DNA of 64,000 nt. Source: Mobula hypostoma (taxonomy: Eukaryota). The DNA lies in NCBI RefSeq assembly GCF_963921235.1, contig NC_086108.1, forward strand, positions 11,532,001 through 11,596,000. Reading direction: 5' to 3'. Shown here one piece after another: positions 11,695-24,160 of the stretch. Every line of letters starts with the position of its first letter. Positions within the stretch are counted from its first letter, which is position 1. The position numbers and the translations under genes were made by a program. Under the pieces are notes generated by a model. It was not told where the DNA came from. It worked only from the letters and a program-made list of their open reading frames with translations, and searched no databases.

Positions 11695-12999
11695 AGTGCA
11701 ACAAGATCATCCACCTTATTTCTTATACTCTGTGCATTGAGGTATAACACTTTGAGTTCTGTATTTGCTACCCTTTTTGATTCTGCATCCCTAATGCACT
11801 GATACTCACCGTGCTGGCTACAATTTTGTCCTATCATCTGCCTGTCCTTCCTGAAAGTCTGACTACATGTTATATTTGCTTTTTTTACCATCCGTCCTAT
11901 CCTGAGTCCCTTTACTTCAGTTTTCACTCTCCTGCCAAATTAGTTTAAATCCTCCCCAACAACTCTAAGAAACTTACCTGTGAGAATATTGGTTCCCCTC
12001 AGTTCAGGTGCAAACCGTCACTTTTGAACAGGTCATACCTTCCCCAGAGGAGATCCCAATGATCCAAGAACCTGAAGCCCTGTCCCCTGCACTAACTTCT
12101 CAGCCATGGATTTATCTGCCAAATCATCCTGTCTCTATCCTCACTGGCACATGGCACACACAACAATCCAGAAATTACTGCCCTGGAGGTCCTGTTTCTC
12201 AGCTTTCTGTCTAGCCCTCTAAATTCTCTCTCAGGGCCTCTTTGCTTTTTCTATGTCATTCAAAAAATGACATTGGATGTGCCAAGACATCCAGCTGCAC
12301 TTCCTTCCCCTCCAAAATGCTGTGGACATGATTTGAGATGTCCCTGACCCTGGCATCTGGGAGGCAACATACCATTCAGCTGTCCCATTCATGTCCACAG
12401 AATCTTCTGTCTGTTCCCCTGACTATTGTGTCCCCTATCACTACCGCTCCCCTCTTCTCCCTCCTTTCCTTCTGCACCACAAATCTATCCTCAGTGCCAG
12501 TAACCCAGTCTCCATGGTATTCCATGGAGGTCCATGGGGGTCATCCCCCACAACAGTATCCAAAATGGTGTACTTACTATTGAGGGAAAAGGCCACAGCA
12601 ATGCTCTGTGCTAGCTGCCTATTCACTGCCCCACTCCTTTTCCTGACAGTCACCCAGCTATTCACTTCCTGCAGCTTAGGGGTGATTACTTCCCTGTAAC
12701 TCCAATCAATGATCTCCTTACTCTCCTGTACAAGCTGAAGGTCATCCAGCTGCTGCACCACATCCCTAACATAGTCTTCAAGGAACTGCACGATGCACTT
12801 CACGTAGATGTAGTTCTCTGGGAGACTTTGGGTCTTCCAGGATGCCAACATCTGGCATGATGGCCATTTAAACTACACTAAGTACCTCTGACACTGTGAG
12901 AAAAAAGAAAAACTTACCCAGAGCCAATGCCTCTTCCGAGCTGAAGCCTGACACACCCACTCTCACTACTGGCTCACTCCCAACGATGGGGCTTCTCTT

Positions 13000-13319
13000 G
13001 TCCTTCTGTCATCATAGGCATCTGTTAGTCTCGTGAGACCATGGATTTGTGCGTTGCAAGGTTTTCAGGGTGCAGGCCTGGACAAGGTTGTATAGAAGAC
13101 CAGCAGTTGCCCATGCTGCAAGTCTCCCCTCTCCACGACACCGATGTTGTCCAAGGGAAGGGCATTAGGACCCATACAGCTTGGCTGCCGGTGTCGTCAC
13201 AGAGCAATGTGTGGTTAAGTGCCTTGCTCAAGGACACAGCACGCTGCCTCGGCTGAGGCTCGAACTAGCGACCTTCAGGTCACTAGACGAACGCCTTAAC
13301 CACATGGCCACGTGCCAAC
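13000..13319 (-). mobile_element. tRNA-derived SINE with CORE-like central domain
   Basis: Minus strand A box TGGCCATGTGG, B box GTTCGAGCC, then GTGTCCTTGAGCAAGGCACTTAACC. Confidence 0.7.
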
Positions 13320-13820
13320 ACCATTATTTATTTCTCCCTGCTGCTGGCATTGAACGCCTGTGAATCTCTCCTTTTTAAGCAACACCACTGACCTGCGAGA
13401 AAAGTCTTCACTGTGTGCTACTCCCACCACTGACTGGGCCTGCAGAATTTATAGAACATAGAACTTGAAACAGTACAACCGAGTCCGGCACCTTTGTCTC
13501 CCAGTGTTTAATCCACACGCATTATAGATTTGGACTCTACTCCAGGTTTATAATGTGTTCTAGCTGTGGTCACTCCTTTTTGGGTGACTTTTGAATCGGG
13601 GTGGCCTGCAGATGATAAATACTGAGCTGAATTGAACTGAAATATGCCTTTTGATTTTGTGTTTTGTATTTTCTGTTTTTACTCTTTTTTTTGTTGTTTG
13701 CACATTTTTTTGGCTGTGGGGGAGGGGTTTGAAGATTGATGTTTTTCTTTGAACTCCATGGTTCTTCTTTGTTTTGTGGCTGTCTGTGGAGAAGACGAAT
13801 TTCAGGGTTGTTTACTGCAT

Positions 13821-14087
13821 ATGACCCGGCTGGTGGCGTAGTGGCATCAGCGCCGGACTTCGGGACGAAGGTCCCGAGCTCGAATCCATCGGGTTCCCCT
13901 TCACGCTTTCCATCCATGCTGGGCTACGAGCTGGTGATTTCTTTGGAAACTCACCCGGCAGAAGGCAATGGCAAACCACTGCTGTAACTTGCCTTGTACA
14001 CGGTTTTCCCACTACGTCAGAGAGGCGTGGAGTGAAATCGTCCACTAACCAGACAAACTCCGGATGCGACGTACCTTTCCTTTTTCA
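13821..14087 (+). mobile_element. tRNA-derived SINE with RTE-like 3' part
   Basis: A box TGGCGTAGTGG, B box GCTCGAATCC, RTE/BovB-like GAAGGCAATGGCAAACCAC; 8-bp TSD tactgcat (13813-13820, 14088-14095). Confidence 0.75.
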
Positions 14088-14119
14088 TACTGCATGCACC
14101 TTTGATAATAAATGTACTT

Positions 14120-14550
14120 CAAATGTTATGCTGACCTTTTAATCTACTCGACAATCAGTCTAACCCTTTCCTCCTGCATAAGCCTCAATTTTTTTGTCAT
14201 CTATGTGCGTATGGAAGAGTCTATTAAATGCCCCTAATGCCTCTCCCACCACCCCTGGCAATACATTCCACTCAGTCACCACTCTCTGTTTAAAAAGAAA
14301 CAACTACCTCTGATATATCTCTTATACATTCCTCCGATCACCTTAAAATTTTGCCCCCCATATTGGCCTTGGGGAAAGAATCTCTGGCTGTCCACTCAAT
14401 CTATTCCTCTTATCATCTTGTATATCTATCATATCCTCTCACTCTCTTTCGGTCCAAAGAGAAAATCCCTAGCTGGCTGAACTTCTTCTCATAAGACATA
14501 CTTTCAGATCCAGGCAGCATTCCGGTATATTTGCTCTGCACCCTCTCTAC
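14120..14550 (-). mobile_element. CR1 LINE 3' fragment
   Basis: Similar to other CR1 3' ends in the window. Confidence 0.6.
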
Positions 14551-16079
14551 AATCTCCCAGGCTTTTGCACTGGTTTAGAAACATTGGACAGGACGCCAGA
14601 CTGTCCCTTCTGCTCAAAGTAATCACCACAGGGAGATTTAGCCAACTATCTCTCCCCTGAAGAGCATCATTGTGACCCCGCATAGTTTAGGTAGCGGATC
14701 ATGAGGCAGTTTTGAAAAGTTTTCAAACATAAATCTTTGTGATTTATCGCAGCGATGAGTCCTGGGCCTCAGGGGCACAGGTCCAAACTTTTGCGGAGGT
14801 CTGCAGTTCACATCAGGGTAGAACACACACTGCTTCTCTGTGGCTAAGCTCACCTCCAGCCACATATTAATCAAACTGAAATGGTTTCCTATTTTTCAAA
14901 ATATCAAGAGTTACTTCTTAAAGCAAAATGTTTGCTTAAAGCTGCATTTTCATGCCTTGTCCTGTTATGTGAAGTACCTGTCCCCAACTGAATCCGACAT
15001 TTGGATGATGATTTAAGTGCTGGGCTGAATCTGGAAGGTCGGGTATGGGCTAAGTTGAAGCAGCAGAGTCTAGGCGCCAGATTGTTCTGAAGCAACGAAA
15101 CACGACGCTTGGATGATGGTTTGGGCACCAGACCAGACTGGAAAGATCAGGGTACTGGGGCTTGGTCAGTCAGCTCACTGCTTGGCTGTGAGCTGAACTA
15201 GGTGTCTAAGGACATACTTTCTGCAGACTTCAGTACAGAATGCTAATTGCTGTGTTCATTGTTTGTATGATTTATTCTTTTTCTCTGCACATTGCATATT
15301 TGACAGACTTGTTTTTTAATGGCTTCTTTTGTGTTTTTTTTGTCTCGTGTCTGCCTGTAAGGAGATGAATCTCAAGGTTGAGTAATGTATACATACTTCG
15401 ATAATAAATGAACTTTGGACTTTGATAATGATGCCAGGGATGGAAGTATTCATAAATGGGGAGCATTTGCTGTCTCTGGGCCTGTTCTGAATGGAGTTCA
15501 GAAGGGTGAGGGGGGACCTCTTTGAGATTTATCCCCCCCCCCCCCCCGCCATTCAGGGCATATATCAGAAGCACTGCATACATGCTGCCTCCAGTATTCT
15601 CACCTGCCGTGCCTTGGCATAAGAACCAGAACTATCAGGTTGGGTAACAGCTTCTTCCCTCAGGCTGTTCGACTTCTTGACATGGTGGTGCCACCCAGCA
15701 CACGTGTCTGAGTGTCCTCCTTCCCTCCCCTCCAGTCCCCAACCCACAGACTCACTCATCCGTGTGTGCTCAGTTGTAGATAGCTATCTGTGCTGAGTGT
15801 GACTGTATCAAAGTTCCAGTTGCATTTATTATCAAAGTGTGCATGCAGTACACAACCCTGAGATTCGTCTTTCCACAGACAGCCACTAAACACCATGGAA
15901 CCTCTTCAAAGAAAAAAAAATCAACCACCTAACATGCAAACAAAAACAGAAAAAATTGTAGAAATTGCAAAAATTGAGTGAGAAATATATACAGTGTTTT
16001 GCAGCTTGATTGCAGAGGAACACTGTTTCATTTAGCTGTATACATTGAATGACAGTTAACTTCAGCTTGAACTTGAGCT

Positions 16080-16410
16080 GGCGTGGAGAGGACACTTCCA
16101 TCGGTGGGTGAGTCTATGATCTGAGGGCACTGCCTCAGGAGAAATGGATGACTCTTTAGAGCAGAGATGAGGAGGAATTTCTTTAGCCAGAGAGTGGTGA
16201 ATCTGTGGAATTCGTTGCCGCAGGCGGGTGTGGAGGGCAAGTCACTGGGTATATTTAAGGCAGAAATTGATAATTTCTTGTTTGTTAGGGGTTTTAGGGA
16301 GAAGGTAGGAGAATGGTGTTGAAAAAAAATCAGACAAGGTGGAATGGTGGAACAGACACAACAGGCCAAATGGACAAATTCTTCTCCTACACCTTCTGGT
16401 TGTCTGGTCT
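16080..16410 (+). mobile_element. CR1 LINE 3' end
   Basis: gagatgaggaggaatttctttagccagagagtggtgaatctgtggaattc CR1 motif. Confidence 0.7.
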
Positions 16411-17979
16411 ACAAACTGAAAGAAAGTTAAAGTTGCCAGCAGTAGCAGCAGCTGAGAAAGAAGGAGATTGCACTCGGACTGAGACTCATCATGTGTCTAC
16501 CACCTCCACTGATGGTGGCTGGTAAAAACCATCCTCAAATGTTCACTTAGTTTCAGTCTCCCAGTTTTAGGCTGATTACTGATGACTGGATTCTGACATA
16601 ACTTTATGGACTTTATGGGCTGAAGAACCTCTTCCTGTGCTGTGCTCTTCCATATTCTAAGGTCTATGACACTTTCATGATTTAACACCCTCACATCATA
16701 CATTGGGACATTGGTGCCCACCTTTAGGCAAGATAGCCTGGACGACCAATGGCGACCAAGTGAGGCCTCACCAATGCTTTATAAAGCCTCAACATTACAT
16801 CCTTGCTTTTATATTTTGGGCACTCAGCAAATGAATGCTAGCATTGCATTCACCTTCCTCACCACTGACTCAATCTAAGGTCTTAAGGGCCTTTGCAGGG
16901 TAGTTGCATTTAGTTAAATATACTTATTTAGTTTAGTTAAGTAAGTAGTGCGCAATTAGAAAGAAAATGAAGTAGTGAGGTAATGTTCATGGGTTCAATG
17001 TCCATTCAGAAATCTGATAGCAGAGGGAAAGTAGCTGTTCCTGCATCATTGAGTGTGTGCCTTCAGGCTCTCATACCTCCTCTCTGGTACAGGAGCCTGA
17101 AGGTACAAGGTACAAAGTACAAGGTATAACCTGGGTGATGAGGATCCTTAATGATGGACACCGTCTTTTTGAGGCATCTCTCCATGAAGGCAAAATAAGG
17201 AGCCAATAATTCAAAACTGAGGTGTGCAAAGATTTCTCAAAGTGGTGGATCTTTGGGATTCTCTGCCCCTGAGTCTGGTGGAGGCCAGATCACTGGTGAA
17301 GATGGACAAATATGTGGAGGATGAAGGGACGGAGGGTTATGGTGAACTGGCACATGAAGAGAATGGTGGCATGAGTGGCCTACTGTTTTTGTGTACCATT
17401 TGGTTATTCTCGTTTGTTTTTGGAAACACATCCTTGCAGTTTCCGTCGGGTGAGGGCTGAAGAACGAGAGTGAGGAGATCCCAAGGTCCAAGTAGCTGGT
17501 TGGACTTTAATCCTAAACTGGAGCAGTTGCCTGGCCTCTCAAGGTCCACTGTCCCTCATCTGCTTTCTGCTGCCAGAGAAGGAATTTGCCCTGAGGAGCC
17601 TAGTGCCTGACTGGGGTGGAAGAGAACTGATTGATTTAACGTTCAGTGGTCATCTTTGACCATCTGCATGTGGTTCTTGCCTAGCTGAAAGGCCTTGACA
17701 GAGTGTGTGTGTGCAGAGGATGTTTCTGATGGTGGGGGAGTCTCGGACCAATGCATTGTTCCAAGATGCACTGATGTTTGGGGAAGCATGTCAGCCTAAA
17801 AGCTCATCAAACTTGGCCTGATACACAAGGGTGCATCGAGCAAGAAAGCACCTAGCCAGGTCTGTGGAGGGATATGTGAAGTGACCCAGGATTAGTAGTT
17901 ATTGCTTTTCCTGTTGGATGAAGAAATCAATTTTCAAAGTTCAAAATAAATTTATTATCAAAATATGTATATGTTACAA

Positions 17980-18575
17980 AGATGTAAATTTGAGACTTTA
18001 TAAAGCACTGGTGAGGCCTCATTTGGAGTAATGTGAGCAGTTTTGGGCTCCATATCTAAGAGAAGGTGTGCTGACATCAGAGAGGGTTCAAAGGAGGTTC
18101 ATGAAAATGATTCTGGGATTGAAAGGCTTGTCATTTGAGGGGGATTTGATGGCTCTAGGCCTGTACTTGCTGGCATTCAGAAGAATGAGGGGGCATCTCA
18201 TTGAAATCTATCAGTGGTTGAAGGTCTCGATAGAGGGGATGTGGAGAGCATGTTTCCAATAGTGGGGGAGTCTGAGGTCAGTGGACACAGCTTCAGAATA
18301 GAGGGATGTCCATTTAGAATGGAGATGCAAAGGAATTTCTTTCGCCAGAGAGTGGTGGATCTGTGGAATTTGTTGCCACAGGCAGCTGTTTTGGCCAAGT
18401 CATTATGTCATTTAAGGCAGAGGTTGATAGATTCTTGATTAGTCAGGGCATGAAAGGATACGGGTAGAAGGCAGAAGACTGGAGCTGAGAGGGAGAATGG
18501 ATCAGCCATGATGACATGGCAGAGTAGTCTCGATGGGCCAAATGGCCTAATCCTGCTCCTGTATCTTATGGTCTA
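17980..18575 (+). mobile_element. CR1 LINE 3' end
   Basis: YKALVRPHLE-like start, ERVQRRFMKMI, RNFFRQRVVDLWNLLP, then 3' tail. Confidence 0.8.
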
Positions 18576-18667
18576 AATGCTGGAGCGGAAGACTTACAGA
18601 ATTGGAGAGAGGGGGAATTCACCAAGCGAATTAGTAGAATCTGCTCCCAATTGTGTCTTTCATACAG

Positions 18668-18823
18668 TGTGTGCTGATAACAATCATGTCCGAACGTGGA
18701 CTGTGACCAGGTTCCGGGGAATGATGTCCACCCAGCCAGGATCTACTCCACTTGCTTCCTTCAAAATACTCTCTCTGGAAGACTTGGATAGCCATGGAGA
18801 ATGCTCGGCAGGACTGGATCCCT
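18668..18823 (+). CDS. shkbp1: Internal exon of SHKBP1/KCTD3-family BTB-WD40 protein; end inferred by homology, donor not present
   Basis: Acceptor ttgtgtctttcatacag|; encodes (V)[50 protein letters not shown], matching the conserved KCTD3/SHKBP1 segment [35 protein letters not shown]. HGxCSAG favours SHKBP1 over KCTD3 (HGSYSSG) as I recall them; paralog call tentative. Confidence 0.85.
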
Positions 18824-18969
18824 GATTATGAATAGTGCATTCCATCCCTACCCTCTCACTTGTCTGTCCACCGTCCATTGCCGTTCCACCTCTTCCTCCA
18901 CTCCATCGACCCTCACTCCCACTTCACTTCTGGTCCACTCCACTTCCTCTTGATTTTACTCTTTTCTAG

Positions 18970-19066
18970 GCCCATTTGGAGATCGGGATGAGGAGCAGGT
19001 TTTTATTCAGAAGGTTGTCCCAGACACCAATCAGCTCTTTGTGCGTTTGTCCTCAACTGGTAGGAG
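18970..19066 (+). CDS. shkbp1: Next internal exon of SHKBP1/KCTD3-family protein
   Basis: Acceptor ttttactcttttctag|, donor ag|gtgagt; encodes (G)[31 protein letters not shown](R), matching family GP(F/Y)[15 protein letters not shown]...LFVRLSSTG. Confidence 0.9.
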
Positions 19067-19144
19067 GTGAGTCCTGGATTGGCCAGTCATCCAGATTCAA
19101 GGTGTCTGGCTTTGTTTTGACTGTGTGCCTGTCCCCCACCCCCC

Positions 19145-19755
19145 AGCATTTGGCATGACATATAAAACTTTGACAAGCTTCTATAGTTGTGTAGTGGAGA
19201 GTGTATTGACTGGTTGCATCATGGTCAGGTATGGAAACAGCAAAGCCTTTGAATGGAAAATTCTACAAAAAGCAATGGATATGGCCAGGTACCTCATAGG
19301 TAAAGCCCTCCGAACCACTGAGCATATCTATGTGAAACGCAGTCACAGGAAAACAGCATCCATCATCAGAGATCCTCACCACCCAGGCCATGCTCTCTTC
19401 TCACTGTTGCCATCAGGTAGAAGGTACAAGAGCCTCAGGATTCACACTACCAGGTTCAAGATCAGTCAATACCCCTCAACCATTAGGCTCTTGAACAAAA
19501 GGCATAACTACACTCATTTGCCGCATCACTGATATGGTCCAATGATCTCTCATTGTCTCAGGTTCTCGTTTATTGATTGCTATTTATTTATATTTGCAGC
19601 TGCACAGTTTTTTGTCTTCTGCATTCTGGTTGATCTTTCATTGATCTTGTTACAGTTGCTGTTCCATAGCATGCCCACAGGAAAATGAATCTCATGGATG
19701 TATATGGTGATATACTGGATATGTCATCTGATAATAAAATTTCCTTTGAACTTTG
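19145..19755 (+). mobile_element. Rex/L2-type LINE 3' end
   Basis: FYSCVVESVLTGCI...IIRDPHHPGHALFSLLPSGRRY; tail ataataaaatttcctttgaactttg. Confidence 0.75.
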
Positions 19756-20475
19756 AGTAGATATGTTTCTTCTGAACAATGAACTCGGCAGTCTACAGCC
19801 TGTAATTTATTTTAAAATGTACTTCTGAACCATTTGAACAAACTGGTGGCTCTGTGATCTCCCAGTGGATTCGGTGAACTAGACTCTCGAGAGTGCAGGT
19901 ACGGCCGGTACGGTCTTTGCTGGGAGTGAACACTACATCAAGGCCTGACAGCGGAAGACGAACGCATGGCAGGTCCATCGCTCTGTGCTGATTAAAGAAT
20001 TGAGCAAGATTAAAATCATTGCGGTTGAGAGCAGAAAGCACACCAGAGTTCAGCAGCATCTGCCTGCGTTTGGCCGGTCTGCCTCTCTTCTCACTACTAC
20101 CGTCGGGTGGGAGGTGCGGGAGTCGAGGGTCCCCGCTGCCAGGTTCAGGAGCAGCTGCTGCCTTGCAGTCACTGTGCTCCTTAATGGGTTTCACTTGCAT
20201 CAGTAGTGAACAGTCCCCGTAGCTGTGGACTCACGTTCAGAGACTCTGAAGCTCAAGTTCCATGTTTCTTTTTACGTTTTGTACCGTTTGCATGATTTAT
20301 TCTATTATGTACATTGGATATGCGGAGGTCTTGTGTGTGTGTTTTCTCAGGGATCCTATTCATTCTGCGTTTCCTGGCTGACTGCGAGAAAATGAATATC
20401 AAGGTTGTAAATGGTATACATACTTCGATAATAAATTTGAACTTTGAAGCAGCTGAGTAATTGGAGTGTCATGTG

Positions 20476-20485
20476 TACACACATG

Positions 20486-20522
<37 letters not shown>

Positions 20523-20747
20523 CCATATGCACAAACACATGCACGCGCACACCCATGCACATGCGCGCATGCGCGCGCACACACACACACACACACACAG
20601 CCATATGCACAAACACATGCACGCGCACACCCATGCACATGCGCGCATGCGCGCACACACGCACACACACATGTGCACAGTCACATGCTCACACACAGAC
20701 ACGCACACACACACACACATACACAGACACGCGCGCACACACACACA
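20476..20747. repeat. Compound (CA)n/(CG)n microsatellite with internal 78-bp duplication
   Basis: Alternating purine-pyrimidine tract; block agccatatgcacaaacacatgcacgcgc... at 20521 and 20599. Confidence 0.9.
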
Positions 20748-20749
20748 CC

Positions 20750-21795
20750 TCATGGTGAGAACTATGGACCAACCCACCAGTCTGCGGTGGCTGACTGGAA
20801 AAGAAGTGTCAGTTACAACGATTCCATGAAAACTTTCTCTCAGGCTGGGATAGTCCCAAGATACCACAGAGTGATCTTGACAGTCAGCAGACAAGAAACA
20901 TCTGCTCCAACACCTTTCAAATCATTGTCCAGGACTTGAGTCAGGCTTTTTGGAAGAAATCTTGGCCCAATTATCATCAGCATTTAACCTGCAGCATACA
21001 GGGTCCCAACACACTTGACTACTTCTATACTAGGATAAGGAATGACTGTTCCATGCTTAGACCATATTTCAGAAAATGTGACCAGCTGGCTGTCCTTCTG
21101 AAAACTGCATGCAATGCTGCAGAGATGAGGACACGAAGAGATGGTTGCAGGATTTCTTCCAGCTGCTCTGCTGGCAACATTCAAGTACTCATCAGAGGAT
21201 CTGAATGAATACACCATGGTTGTCACAGATTTTATAAAAACAGTCATAGATGAGTGTGTCCCCACAAAATCATTCAGAGTCCTCCCAACCAGAAGCCCTC
21301 GAGGAACCAAGTGATCCCTCTTCTGAGGGCCAGACCAGTTCAGGCCTGGAGACCAAGCGAAATACAAGAACTCCAGGTATGACCATCAGCAAGTCATCTC
21401 GCGTGCGAAGTGGCAATTCCAGACCAAAGCTGAATCACTGAAGGATGCTTAATAGCTGTGACAAAGCTTGAATGCTATCACTGTCTACAAAGAGAAACCA
21501 AGCACTATACTGTAGGTGACAACAGGGTGTCGCTCCCAGGTGAGCTCAATGTCTTTTATGCTCACTTTGACCATCAATGCATGGAAGCACCTTCACAAAG
21601 TCCCGCAGCTCCCAACGACCCTTCGATTTCAGTCTCTGTGGTCAATGTGAGAGCATCCTTCAGGAGAGTGAAGTCATGGCAAACATCTGGCACAAACAGA
21701 GTACCTGGCCAAATACTAAAGAACTGTACTGATTAATTAGCTGGATTGTTCACTGATACCTTTAACCTCTCATTTTGGCTGTCTGTGGTACCCAC
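20750..21795 (+). mobile_element. Old Rex/Babar-type LINE fragment
   Basis: YHQHLTCSIQGPNTLDYFY and SLPGELNVFYAHFD motifs, heavily disrupted. Confidence 0.6.
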
Positions 21796-21796
21796 T

Positions 21797-22043
21797 CAAT
21801 AGCTATTATTATTATCTGTTATCTCGGAAATTTTGGACTATTCTAGTGGTGTGGCTTTCTGGAGACTTACATACATATTGCTGTGTAGGCATAATTGTTT
21901 ATGCTATTGTGCAGTGACTTTGGGATGATCTCAGTTGTCGATATTATTATTGGGACCATGCATACCTTGTTCATATTTATCAGAACTGCATATGCTCGCG
22001 TGGAGTGATGAATCCTGTTTTTCTTTTCTTTTCAAATCTTTTT

Positions 22044-22079
<36 letters not shown>

Positions 22080-23345
22080 AAAAATAACATGAATACATCG
22101 AAGTAACAACACTTACAATGCCTCAAAAAAAAACCTACATCTTAAAGATTGAAAACAAAATTTTGTGAAAACAAAAAAAACCTACTAAGCAGGAAAGTGA
22201 AAAAAAAGAGAACCGATTAGGTATACAACCCCGGAGCCATGCGTCATACAAAAAGCTTCTAAAAATAAACATCAAACTGCCAGCAAGAAAAGAAAATATA
22301 CTGAAAGAGATTACAATTAGATCGTGGAAAAATTATATCAATTAACTCAAATGGTAATAACGAGCAAATGAGACCCATCTTTTTTCAAAATCAAATAAAG
22401 GTTCAAAGGTTCGACCTCTAATTTTCTCCAAACTAAGGCATAGCATCACTTGAGAGAACCATTGTGACAAAGTGGGAGCTGATGTATCCTTCCACTTCAA
22501 CAAAATGGCCCTCCTAGCTATCAATGTAACAAATGCAATAACATGTTGGTCAGACACAGAAATACCATGAATATTTTGAGGAACTATTCCAAAAAGCACA
22601 GTTAATTTATTAGGTTGAAAATTAATTTTAAGTACTTTAGAAATTGTTGAGAAAACCGACTTCCAGAACCGTTCCAATATAGAACAAGACCAAAACATAT
22701 GTGTCAATGTAGCTATCTCAGTTTTACATCTATCACAATGACTATCAACATTAGGAAAAATTTTGATGAATCCTGTTTTTGTTTATTTAATCATGTCCTT
22801 AGAAGTTTTATCTGACTGTGTAAATTTTTAATGTCTTTTATTCCTTTTCCTCCTTCTGTCCTAAGTAGTGTTAATCTAAGCATGTTCCAGTGTTCAGAGT
22901 GTTTTCTGAAATTTGTCATTTCATTTCTTATTTTCTTTTGTAAATTTTCCAGATCGGTTTCGGACCAAGATACTATGCCAAAAGAATACGTTAATATGGG
23001 TACAGTGAAAGTGTTCGTTTGCCTTTGTTATATCTTCACTACTGAGCTGTTTGGCAGATTTTCGTAAGCCTTGAAGTAAATTGTGTCGAAAGTTTTCCCT
23101 TTATCACACTAAGACCTTTTTTCTTTGTTGATGTCCCAGATATTTATATCTTTCATATTTATCCATCAGTTGCATTGTACCCTGCTGTTCTGTTTTATAT
23201 TCTACTGGCTCTATTGCATCTTTCTTTATGTTTACTATTCTGCACTTATCTAGTCCAAAGTCCATGTTTATATCTTTCAAAAATAGTTCTACTATTTGGA
23301 ATAATTGCTTTAGCTTTAGTGATGAAGGAGCAGTTAATCTCAGAT
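21797..23345 (-). mobile_element. R4/Dong-like non-LTR retrotransposon fragment (AT-rich)
   Basis: FLKDINMDFGLDKCRIVNIKK...YKYLG motifs typical of the R4-clade RT C-terminus; split by an L1. Confidence 0.55.
22023..22763 (-). mobile_element. 5'-truncated L1/Tx1-type LINE
   Basis: CDRCK...THMFWSC...LIARRAILLKWK C-terminus; A-rich tail; 17-bp TSD tgatgaatcctgttttt (22006-22022, 22764-22780). Confidence 0.85.
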
Positions 23346-24160
23346 CAGCATTGTTTCGAAGGTTATTATTATTACTATTTGCTTCTTTGTATTTACTGTG
23401 AATGCCTGCAAGAAAATAAACCTCATGGTAGTATGCATTGACATATATGTACTTTGAGAATAAAATTACTTTGAACTTCGAACTTTTGAACAATGGGAGA
23501 TGCCAGCATTAAATTCTGCTACAGGAAGCTAGGACTAGTCCAGATGAAGTTAGGCCCTGAGATATTGTACCTCATTCAGGCTTCGATGAAAAATGTAGTT
23601 AATAAAAGATGCAATTAGCCGGCTTGTAATATCATTCATCTTTGTAAGGGAACTCCTGTGTGGAAGGAAGGAGGGGTTATTATTGCTGAAAGTTCATCCA
23701 TGGAGATGATTGCCCCTGACCAGACTGCAGGTCCCTCTCCATGAAAGAGAATCTGGATTTACACACATACACTCAGTGGCCACTCTAACAGTTACCTCCT
23801 GTATCTAGTAACGTGGCCACCAAGTGTATGTTCATGGTCCTCTGCTCCTGTAGCCCATCAACTTCCAGGTTTTGTTTTGTGCATTCAGAAATGCTCTTCA
23901 GCATACCACTGCAGTGGTTGTTGGCATCCATCTGTCTCAAAAGACAATGGATGATGATCACCATCACAAGCCTGGCCGGAAGGTATGGAGATCCTGAGAT
24001 GCCCAGCCGTCAAGACCCCCCTCTCGGCCTCACTGGTGTGGTCCAAAGGAAAGCTTATGAAGCTTATGATTGGCACCTGCTTGGCTGCAGGAGCTGCCAG
24101 AAGGATGTTCAATGATGTCCAGCCACCTTAGGGGCTCCACTCCGGATTTGCTGTCTGGGT

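Larger units (their letters stand above)
9910..12870 (-). mobile_element. CR1 LINE 5' part (ORF1 remnant + endonuclease), degenerate
   Basis: ORF1-like PENYIYVKC...QQLDDLQLVQES; endonuclease LKVLYLNAQSIRNKVDDL...ITESWL...GRGGGVALLVK; interrupted at 11036-11694. Confidence 0.8.

Noticed and set aside
13821..13900. tRNA gene
   Set aside because: A/B boxes belong to a SINE head continuing into an RTE-like tail with TSDs; no convincing cloverleaf.
14555..14990. Unique-looking stretch with a 78-aa minus-strand ORF
   Set aside because: No recognisable domain or convincing splice signals; conservation cannot be judged without alignment.
18816..18824. ggatccctg as a U12-type donor (RTATCCTT-like)
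   Set aside because: Second base is G not T, the phase would not match the next exon, and there is no clear TCCTTAAC branch point before 18970.
20356..20939. Several overlapping ORFs rich in HT/CV
   Set aside because: Translation artefacts of the (CA)n microsatellite.
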